DNA of 64,000 nt, from NCBI RefSeq assembly GCF_016433145.1, contig NC_058130.1:480076876-480140875 (forward strand). The letters are read 5' to 3'. The notes under the pieces are model-generated. The model was not told the origin of the DNA, ran no database searches, and was given only the letters and a program-made list of their open reading frames with translations. This document shows positions 28,070 through 38,530 of the stretch, piece by piece. Source of the DNA: Gracilinanus agilis (Eukaryota). Position numbers and translations under genes: made by a program. The number at the start of each line of letters is the position of its first letter. Positions within the stretch are counted from its first letter, which is position 1.

Positions 28070-28440
28070 ATGAAAAGGCATTTTTAAAGAAGAAATGCAA
28101 GTTATCAACAACCACAGGAAAAAAATACTGAAATCATTAATAATTATAGAAATGAATATTATTACAAGTCTGTTTCCTTTTTAATATCTATGAAATTGTT
28201 AAAGACTCCAAAATATCAGCATCCATAATTATCAAGGGTTTGAAAAAGAAAGGTGAGATGAATCATTTTCAAAGGACTTGAAAGTTGACTAAACCATTCT
28301 CAAAGCAATAAACTACAACTGAAAGGAACAACCATACAGTCAAAATCCAGAGGTAGTATTACTGGGTATGTACCTTATAGAGGTCAAAGACAAAGGAGGG
28401 AATAAAAGCATATATATACACAAATATTTCCAGTAATATT
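28070..28440 (+). mobile_element. L1 ORF2 C-terminal fragment
   Basis: aattatagaaatgaatatatt..., aaccattctcaaagcaat, ccagaggtagtattactgggtatgtacc typical of the L1 ORF2 end. Confidence 0.6.
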
Positions 28441-28499
28441 TTATTTGCAATGAATTGCCCTCAGAGCACCAACTCAATTTTTAAATTATCCCCATTTTA

Positions 28500-28892
28500 G
28501 CACAAGGACTAAACAAGGTTGAAGGAAACTTAGAAGCTTCATCATCAGTGAGTTAGGGTAATGTCTACCACAAGCATGAGAAGACTTCCCCAGTGCAGTG
28601 GGTAGACGTGAGTAATTGTTCCAGGGGCCATATACTGACTGAAACATGTATAGTGGAAGCTCTGACCAAATTTAGAGCTTGGTCAAACATTGAAGATGCC
28701 AAACTCATACACTGTATGTTGGACCATCACCAGTCAATTCTGATTTTTCTCTTGGGACTTTCATGATTCAAGAAAGAGTATAAGACTGATGACAACGTCC
28801 AATTATTTCTCATTTAAATTAAATTTGGACACAAGTAAATATTTCACCAATGATGTCACTGGTCTCCTTCAAAATAAAGGATGAACAACAAG
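28500..28892. mobile_element. Pan-marsupial RTE-associated SINE (WALLSI4/MdoRep1-type)
   Basis: Minus-strand ttgttgttcatcctttattttgaaggagaccagtgacatca...tttgaccaagctctaa...ggggaagtcttctcatgcttgtggtagacattaccctaactcactgatg matches my recollection of this repeat; family name not verified. Confidence 0.6.
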
Positions 28893-29279
28893 TTTACATA
28901 AACATAAATGAAGGAACTTACCCCTGTGAAGAAAGTTTTCCATTATTAATATTACAACAAATCAACTGCCACTAAAAGGAAGATAAATGGGAGAACTTCT
29001 AGCACCCCTCAACAACTTCTGGCATCATTTTTAACCAAATTCCACAGTCATTAATAAAGGGAATGACAACAGTGAAGATACATCTTGGTAGCCATTTCTA
29101 CAGTTGCTGTAGATCCTCCATCCATAGCAACCACAATTACTGGAGATCCAGAAAAAAAAATCACAATTAAATTTGGCATTGTCCAGTTTCAGCAATAGAT
29201 AAGGATTCTTTTTTATTGTTAAATATTATATCATTAATTTTATTAGTTTGCCTTAATTCTTCCATCTTAATGTACTTAC

Positions 29280-30770
29280 TGAGATCAGGCTCCATTCTAA
29301 TAACACAGCTTTTCCTATTTGCCCCTTCCATTCATTAATCCACCATTGAATGCAATTTTATGTCTGCTTTCATCCTCTCACTGTTTGGGGTGGAAAAGTT
29401 GGAATACTAAGTGTTCCCCATAACCATTTCCAAGTTTTCTCTCTCCTACCAACACTCAATAAACTCTCTTCCTTTGTGAACTTTTGAAACTCTTATCACC
29501 ACCCAACTAAGATTTTAGTAGTTGTAAGCTATCAAACTCCACAAGTCTCTTTCTTGCTTGCTGGGTTCAGTGCCTGTCTCATAGTACTACCACACCTCTT
29601 CAACTCCTGAAATGATGCTGTTATTTATTAAACGTATACATGGATGTTATCTCAAATACCTTAGTTTCCTTCTTAAATATATTTACTTAACATGATCTCC
29701 TTCAACTTACTACTTCTAAACATAGATTGGAATATCTATTATCTTGTGATTTCAAAAAAAATTCCACTCCCAAGTTCATGAAGTCTGAAACCTATCTGAT
29801 CTCTACCAACTGAAATTCTCCTTCATCCTCTGACTTGTACATCCTTATCAAACTTCCAATATCTCTATCCTTCCATTCATTCCTGCTCTATATTACACTT
29901 GCACTGGCTCTATTCTCATAATTTCTTTATCTCGATCCTTTTTTGATCACTGTTTTCTTCTAAGACCCTTGCTCCCTTATTCTATGGACAATCTTGCCCT
30001 GCTCAGTCTCAGTTTTGCAGTCCTTCCACAATCTGAAGCTTCATTCTTACTCATGTACTACTGAATGAAGCTGGAGAAAATTAGAACTGTGTTGAAAAGG
30101 TCCACTAAATTTATTTTTATTGCAAAATCAATATCAACTACAGCTTCAATACAGCAAGGCAATATTTCACACTTCACTAATTGAATCAGTAGTCCAATCA
30201 ACAGAGAAATTTTACCAATTTTTTTCATTCCTCCTTGAACTTTGAATGTCTTCCTTCCTCCAACCTCTCATCTGGCAATCTTGCCTTATATTTCACTTAA
30301 AAAAATGAGGCCATTTACAAAGGGCTTTCTTTCTCTTTTCTTCCTCCTCATTTCACATTCAGATATTTTCCATTATATTCTGCTTTACACTGCTTTAAAA
30401 TATTATTACCAAGGTAATTCATATAAATACTCAAGATATCACATTAAATCCCATGGTTTCCAACAATTTGCACCTTTTTTTACCCCCAATCTTTCATTAA
30501 ACTTTAATTTCTGCTGATCTTTTGGCTTTTATTCAACTGTCTATAAATATCCCTGTGCTGTTTTGATCCCCAACAATTCTCACTTGGATCCTGTGCTACC
30601 TATCTTTCAATATCTCTTCTCTTTTTCATTTCTCTTCTCAAAATTCCATTTACAATTGGCACTCCCAATTCCTTCCTCTTACTCTCTTCTTATCTCTTCA
30701 TAATTTGGCTTTTACCTTACTATTCAACTAAAATTTTCCTTTACAAAGTTACTAATTTTCTCTTATTTTG
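29280..30770 (+). mobile_element. L2 fragment(s)
   Basis: C/T-rich sense strand with decayed L2 endonuclease/RT features (gaatgaagctggagaaaatt, acaaaagttactaattttctc); boundaries approximate. Confidence 0.6.
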
Positions 30771-31696
30771 AGACAACCAATAGAGAGAAGGTACATTGAG
30801 GGAATATAAAAAGAATTCTTGCTGATTTTTTGGTAGAATTTAAGAAAACCAAAGAAGGCAGGAGACAGACTAAGGAGGATAGAATTTCTATTATGGTCTA
30901 ATTTATATACATGTAGATATGTATATCTATATTTATCAATCTCTCTCTGTCTCCCTCTCTCCCATTTGAACATAGCTGATTGTCTGTCATCTTATTTATT
31001 ACCTTTACTGAAGCTTGAGAATAGGCATTTGTTTTTTCTTTTCTTTTTCTCCCCTACACCTAAATAACAATAGGTCCTTATTGACTTGATTTTTCAGAGA
31101 AATTTAGTAAGACATGCAGGAATGGAAATAGAATGAAACTGAGCAGAAACTACTAACAATTTATGATATTTTGTAAAGGAAATTGGCTTTGAAAAAAAGA
31201 CCTCAAAGCAATGCAGTATCTAGTCATTGTTCAAGAATTATATGATGAAGCATACTTATTACTTCTTGGCTAGTAGATATTTTACTAAAGGAAACCAATG
31301 AAATGTATATTTTCAGGCATAAAAAGAATTCCTGGGTATATCCCATATTATCATGAAATTTCAAAGTCCAACATTCATTGAAGTTAATGTTATAAGGGCA
31401 AAATCTGTGAATATTCATGCTTGTGAAGTTAATTTACACTGTTCTATGCTTACTTAAGTTTATAGACCTTAGTTTGTTATAATGATAGCTCTTACCATAA
31501 TGTTGAGGGAAAGGAATTACTGTGGTTCAGGTATATAGAGATGTGAATAATAGCATAGCAAATGAACTGGCTATTCCTTTTTCTTCATTTAACAAGAAAA
31601 TAGCACATATATGTTTATATTTATATCTTTAAATGATTTTTAGAAACAATCTAAATACTAGTCTGTCCCTTCCCCCTTCCTCTTATATGCCTAGAG

Positions 31697-31902
31697 CAGG
31701 GGTCAGCAACGTATGGCTCTCGAGCCATATCTGGCTCTTTTGAGGGCCAGATATGGCTCTTTCTGCAGGAGCCATGAAGTCCATTTTTTTTCAGGCGCTG
31801 TTACAGGAGCGGCACTGTGAGCACTGTACGGCTCTCACGAAATTACATTTTAAAAAATGTGGCGTTTATGGCTCTCACGGCCAAAAAGGTTGCCGACCCC
31901 TG
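31697..31902. mobile_element. Young hAT (Charlie-type) MITE
   Basis: 14-bp TIRs caggggtcagcaac / gttgccgacccctg (1 mismatch); 8-bp flanks gcctagag / acctggag; repeated subterminal tggctct/cggctct motifs; 9 CpGs in 206 bp. Confidence 0.92.
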
Positions 31903-33589
31903 ACCTGGAGGATGAAGACCTTATAAAGTGATTTAGACATATTATGTAGACATCCACATATCTTTCTACCACAATCTACTGTTTGACTGAAAGTTCTTGC
32001 TTGAATAAAACTTTTAATCTTTCCACCATCATGAAGACATTAAACAATAAAAAAGAGATTTTTTTATCTACTTTTTGTTAAACTTGCTCTGGCAAATTAG
32101 CTAGTCTTTTTCATTATTTAATTCTGCTACAGCTTCAATTCTGCTTGATGATACTTTTTGTTAAACATATTTTTCTCTATTCTATCTTTGGAATAGATAA
32201 TTATCTTACATAAAATATCACTTGAATTATTACTTAAGGAATAGGCACCTAAATGATTAAGCAATTAATGTTCATTAAAACATGAAAAACTCAGTGTAGG
32301 AAAAAAATACAGTACTAATCACTAGGTTTACAATATATGTGGTTCTACATTTCCTAAAAATTAATTTTATTTATCTTTTTATTCTCATAAATATTACCCT
32401 TATAAATAATGTTGACAAATTAAATAGAATACATAATTATCTTAAATGTCAAAATATCTACTGAGGTATCAATAAAGAATATGTAAACTACTTTATTTAT
32501 TAACTATTTGAAGCATGGTTGTTATATGAGGACCATGTTAGCAAATTACAGAGAATTAAATTGTTTTCACTAATATAGATTTTAAAAAATAGGACATACT
32601 AAATTATCTAAAATAATTTAAAAGTAATTTCTGTTACAACAGTGTAGTTGGTAAGATAGCTACAACAAATTTGAAGTTGAAAATTATGGTGAAGATATTT
32701 TACTTCTGTTGTTGGAAAGTAAGAAAAAATTCCAGTCATTTTTGGAGAAAATAATGTACTATGAATGCAATAAGAGCAAGAGGGATTAGGTAAATAGCCC
32801 TTGGGCCGGACAGATGCCACTGCAATAGTAGAAAATCTTGAGGAAATATTTTAAATAATTGGGAATATTTAGGTAGGTGGTTCATAACAAAATTATTGGA
32901 AGATAAGTAGTACAACTCTTTAAGATGATAATGAATAGCTCAGTGGAAATCTTGATATTTCAAGCAAGGAGTGACATGGGTAAGATCACAGATCTCACCA
33001 AATGCATTTTTAGATAACCACTCTTTATTGTATACTATGATGTTCCTTGGAGACAAAAAGTAATGTAAATTTCTGGAAGAAAATACTTATTATTGAAGTA
33101 TTTTTTCCATGTAAATAATCTTTCATCAGGTAGAAAATCATAATTTGCATTTTAAGTAAATTCAAACTTTATTTAGCAAGAGATTGAAAATAGTTGACAT
33201 GGAAAACTTTTTTATGTGGGAATAAAGTATTTTTAGTACCAGATGCTAATTGCTGAATTACAATAAAATAAATCAATTCTTAACTAATCATCAGTATTTT
33301 TCCTGATTCAAAACCTTTTTCTTCCTAAGATGGATTTTGAAATACAACTGTACCAAAAATTTCAAGTTGGAAGTGACTTTAGAGGGCATTCAGTTCCATT
33401 TTCATATTTTATATTAGATAAAAATTAAGGTAAAGAGAATATAAGCAACTTCCCCAATGTCACACAAATATTAGAATCTATCTTCATCCAAACATAGTGT
33501 CCCTTCAGAACCTCACTATCCCTGAATATCAACATAAGCTGAACTAAAAAAAATCACTTTAAAAAATCTAAATGAGTAAAAGAAAAGAA

Positions 33590-34050
33590 AATGAATGGGA
33601 AAAAGAAATTAGTGGAGGAAATAACTTTAAATTGATCATTTAAATTTAATTTTAAATAATAAGCTAAAAGAAAATCTTTCTAATGTTCTGCCATGAAAAA
33701 ATGTGTCAGAATGTGATAAAGCAGAAAATTAGAGGAGAGTTTTATTGGTTATAGATTAATATTAATATATTATAAAAAGTCTAGAATAATATATTACAGA
33801 TTATTCACTATGATCAGGGTGGATTTATGCCAAGAATGTAAAGATGATTCAGAATTAGGAAAATTATAAATGCAATAGCATTTATAGCAAAAAATAAAAA
33901 TAAACAAATAAAATACTATGTTCAGGGAAAGGTTTTCAAGAAATGAAAACATATGCAGGTCAATCACAAAGGGATAAGAATAAAGGGACCTTTCTTTTAT
34001 TTGGTGAATTTTACATATGTAAAATCTAGAGCTAGATTTTTGTAAAAAGA
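33590..34050 (+). mobile_element. L1 ORF2 fragment
   Basis: attcactatgatcagggtggatttatgccaagaatgtaaagatgattc (IHHDQVGFIPGMQGWF-like, decayed). Confidence 0.6.
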
Positions 34051-34699
34051 AAAACTAGATAAATTTTATACCATTTTAAACACTCTTTTTACATTTTTAT
34101 TTACATATCTATAAAATATATTTATTAAATATTTTATTTTTATTCTATTTATTTATATATTTATTTATAACACTATAGTTTTAGCAATGAAAAAGTAAAT
34201 ATCTTAAAGTAATTACTATATTCAAAAAAGAGGTAAATTTTCCTCCAATTTTAAATGATCTTTAATTATTTTAGAGAATCACATATGTTTAATGAAAATA
34301 TTAATTGAAGGAAATTGTCTTGAGAAATAACATGGGTTCAAATCCTTGTGCTATCTCAAACTCATCTCATGCCTTCTAAGCAAATTAGTTTTATTTTCCC
34401 TGAAAGTTTTGACTTAGAGGACAAAAATTAAACCAGTTCCCTCATTACTTGGATAAAACTAAAACAGAAACAAAAAAAAAAATTCAAAAATGTAAACAGA
34501 AAAAGCATAAGGGTACTGCATTCTTTTCTCTTTTAGTTCTCAGAATTTCTCTAGAGGAGTAAGACTCAAGATGTGTTCATAAGAATTGACTTTTTATCTA
34601 GTATCAATGTCCCTTCTTTGCTCTAAATCTACTTTTCCCTGTTATATCTAAATATGCCTATTGTTTACTGTCAGATAAATAATTTGTGCAACTTCCAAT

Positions 34700-34885
34700 T
34701 TTTTTTTTTTAACCCTTGTACTTCGGTGTATTGTCTCATAGGTGGAAGATTGGTAAGGGTGGGCAATAGGGGTCAAGTGACTTGCCCAGGGTCACACAGC
34801 TGGGAAGTGGCTGAGGCCGGATTTGAACCTAGGACCTCCTGTCTCTAGGCCTGACTCTCACTCCACTGAGCTACCCAGCTGCCCC
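34700..34885 (-). mobile_element. Young SINE-1_MD-like SINE
   Basis: Antisense full-length copy with A and B boxes; TSD aacttccaattttt at 34690-34703 and 34886-34899. Confidence 0.97.
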
Positions 34886-36064
34886 AACTTCCAATTTTTT
34901 AACTTACTTTACGGAAGGGCTAGTTTGAATCAGATCAAAGGCTTACAAGGGCTATATGCAGAATCAAATTGAGCTGTATAAATATCCCACTTCTGACAAA
35001 CAATGGCTATCTAATTCTAGGCAAATGATTTAGCCTCTCAATGACAAAGGAAACTCTTTCCCAGTGTAAGTTGCCAAGAAGCTAAAGACCTGAATTTGGT
35101 ATAGGGATTTTCCTCACTGTAAATTCATTGAACTGATAAAATTCACAGCTTGTTTCTTCTCACAATCACAATATAATAAATACAAATGTTTCAAAACTTG
35201 TGGAATGTTATGAAAGCTGTGTATTTAGGTGAATGCATTACCTTAAATTGCCGTGTAGAATAGACTTTTCTTGTTTGAAAGATTTCGGGAACATCTTGGA
35301 CAATCCCCTAGCCACTGGAAGTTGTTTATTGCTGTTCAAAATAATGGAAAAGCTAAGTTTGAGGTCATCAAGTTACATATCATCTTATCTCTTAAGTTTA
35401 TGGATCCACAAATAGATTACTTTCACCATCTACTTCTAATCATAGCAAAAAATATATTTTTGAAAAATTTAAGGAGCAATGAAAATGCCACTATTATTAT
35501 TATTATCATTATTTAGAAATTATGTAGCCTATATTTCATATGAATGTAGGACCCTTCCATACCCCAAATTTAATTTTGTATCTATTGTAAATTTTTTATA
35601 CTTTTTGCATCTTTTGTATATTTTTGTATTTATTATATACTTGTATATTTTTAGCCAAAAAGTAGTCCTAGTCACCACCTATTAATTCTTTAATAAAAAT
35701 GACTGAGCAGGAACTAGAAATTAAGCAAAAATTATTTAATATGGTGCAGAATATAAAAGTCAATAAATGTGAATGTTAAGCAGTAAAATTATTCTCAGCC
35801 TACATAGTGAAAGACCTTCTTATAAATTCCAGTTCCTATGGATGGTGTACTACCTGTCTAAATGTAATAAAGGATTGAATGGTGCCTGCATAAATCATTT
35901 TTACATTCCTGTAAAATTATTGTGCCTTTATACTTCTGAGCTTTCCTTTCAGAACCTCCTTCTTGTAATCTCAAATCTCTCATTGATTCTGCCATTCTAG
36001 ATAGACTACTATAAAACTGTTGGATACTGTTTTTTGGTTGTTTGTTTTTGTTTTTTTAAACTAG

Positions 36065-36300
36065 GTTGATTTTGGTAGAAAAAGCAAGTCATGAAGACCT
36101 GAATTCAAATCTTGCCTCAAACATTTACAAGCTGTAAGATATTATCCTGATAAATTACATAATCACTCAGCCTCGGGTTTTTCATAAGTAAAATGAAGAT
36201 GGTAATGTGTTGTTTTGAGGATCCAATCGGGTAATATATGTAAAGTGGTGAAATGTAAAGTGCTAACTATATAAATCTTAGTTGCTATCAATATTGCCAT
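36065..36300 (+). mobile_element. MIR/Mar-type CORE-SINE
   Basis: gaagacctgaattcaaatcttgcctca...actcagcctcgggttttcataagtaaaatgaagatggtaat...gttgttttgaggatccaat. Confidence 0.7.
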
Positions 36301-37193
36301 TATCATTAGTTTCTGCTTTTGTGACTTCTTCCCCAATGAAAGAAAAAAAAATAACTTGGATAGATAGCTAGTGAATTTACTTTCCTCTTTTTTTTAGTCA
36401 TTGTATACTCCCAACTTGGCACTGTTAGGGCAAGAGAATTCCTTTCTCTCATACTCATGGCACATGGCACAAAAACCATAAAATCACCTTAAAATTTTAA
36501 GTCTTATGGAAAAACTTAGTAACACTGTAAGGAAAGTGACAAAGCTGCCAAAAGTAGCTCTTCACTTCTCTTGTAATGGTAAAAGTCCTTGACCTGTTAA
36601 TATTTACTGAAGACTTAAACTCAGTTGTAAAATGCTGGTAATATGAAATGTATACTATCACTGTCCCTTTTGCTGCCATGGAGGTGAAGCTATTATGAAA
36701 AACAAAACAAAACTTTAAACAACCAATAAGTAAGAAAATAACAATAAAAACATAACCTTTCGGGCATAGAAGTACAAATAGAGAGAGCTTAGAAGATTTA
36801 TGTAATTAATCATATTATTATTAATTATATTATGTAATTAATCATATTAATTCATGAATTCATTTGTTTATTATAACATTCAACATAATTAAAAAAAAAC
36901 AATTTTGAGCCAAGTTGGTGGAATAAAGGCAGGATCTCACCTGAGCTATCACCAATTCTCTTTAAAGAACTTAAAAATAAAATCTCAAAAACGAATTTTA
37001 AAGTGTTAAAACCAAGAAAATATTGGGACAAGACAATTTTACTACCCCAAATTATTTAGAAGGTGACAAAAAATGCTTCACTGGTGTGATTCCATTGTAG
37101 GTAATGCCCAAGCAAACCAGCAACAAAGTTTTGTATACCAGAACAAGCCAGAATTAAGATCCTGCCTCAGCAATCTTGCACAGTCTTTGGGGG

Positions 37194-37395
37194 TGTAAAT
37201 GTTAAAATTAAAGATTTGGCTAAATATATGAAAATTATAAATCTTTTATTTAAAAAAGAGGTGGAAAGAGTGAAAGTAGAGAAATACAAAAGGGTAGAGA
37301 AGACATTAACCTATCTAACTAAATATTGTTCCGTTGTGTGGCTCAGCCAGGATTTGTTAACCTTCAATTGGAATTAAATTCTCTCCAGAAGACAG
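37194..37395 (-). mobile_element. Solo LTR A, left part (host of the provirus)
   Basis: Begins TGtaaatgttaaaatt after gggg; minus-strand AATAAA (cttttattt); continues after the provirus at 44320. Confidence 0.7.
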
Positions 37396-37792
37396 TGTGC
37401 AGTTTAAAATGTTCTAAGTCCTGAGAGACTACATCTCCCAGGGCTCCCTACTACAACTTCCTCAGACACATCCCATTTCCTTTATGGGAGATGTCTGAGA
37501 AAGTATAAGAGAGAGAGGCCACAGTGTTTTGGGCCTTTTTTCTGGAGAAGTGCCTACTGGAGGAGACCCTTTTCCCCTACCTAACTTTTCCCTTTCCTAA
37601 CTAAATAAATCCAGCTATTCTATACTCTTAAGTTGTTTCCTGATCTTTATTCAGCCCTGAAGGGCTCAGGTCAATTTCCCCCCTCTGGGCTTGAGGCTAC
37701 CCCAGTTAGGCCACCTTCCTATTCCTATTCTCTTTCCCTCCCTAGTCCCTTCCTTTCTCCCATTCATCCTTCCTCCTATCACCCACTTCACA
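37396..37792 (+). promoter_or_regulatory. Proviral 5' LTR
   Basis: TGtgcagttt...cttcaCA; TATA-like gtataag at about 37503; AATAAA at 37604-37609; 16-bp tandem duplication absent from the 3' LTR. Confidence 0.95.
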
Positions 37793-37795
37793 TTA

Positions 37796-37814
37796 TGGTG
37801 ACCTCTACTGGGAC
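37796..37814 (+). other. Primer-binding site, degenerate, closest to tRNA-Arg
   Basis: TGGTGACCTCTACTGGGAC 3 nt after the 5' LTR; resembles the complement of the tRNA-Arg(CCG) 3' end TGGCGACCCAGATGGGAC (recalled). Position is certain; tRNA identity is tentative. Confidence 0.6.
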
Positions 37815-38530
37815 CTGAACCAGTCTGCCTAACTACCTGCCTTCCTTACTGCCTACAGATAAGTTAAAAAAAAGGTTTTTTTTTGTTTTTTTTTCCCACC
37901 AAAAAACTCAGCCCAGCAGGGATCCTTTCCCCTACTAAACTCCTGCCAGGCTCCTCTGCCTCAGCAGGAGTTCCAGATCTTAATCCCCCTCACCCAACCC
38001 AGGAGCCTTAACCCCCGCCCTCCTTACCCCTGCTGGGCTAATACCCAGCAAGGGGTCTCACTAAAACACCCAGCAGGGGTCCGGAAAAACCCTGGTCCCT
38101 CTCTGACTTCCAACCACCCAAGTCTAATTCTAAAAACTTCCTACTGCCCCTTTCCTTACCTTTCTAGCTCCAATCTCACCCTCTGGAGTGATTTTGCATT
38201 TTAAAAGGCAACACTGAAACCCTTCCTCCTTTTGGGCTTTAACTCCACCCAATTAGTCCCAACCCCACTAGTAATTCTCCTCCCTCTGTAGTACTGCATC
38301 ATGGCCACTAGAGGCCAGAACTGAGCACTCTGTGTTCCCCCCTTGCTTTTCCTGCTGAGCTGCAGTGCTACCTTTCTGCCACTGGAGGGCAGCACCAATA
38401 ATATATAGCAAAATCAACCAAATAAATGAAAAATATATATTTTTTTGCAGCTGAAACAAAAAATAAAATAAAATAAATAATTAATGAATGAATAAAAACT
38501 AGCTAACTAACTAAATAGAAGTCTCAAAGC

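Noticed and set aside
28900-29160. Possible exon or processed pseudogene ending in an A9 run
   Set aside because: No open frame between splice-like sites, no TSD; the adjacent part is a known-type marsupial repeat.
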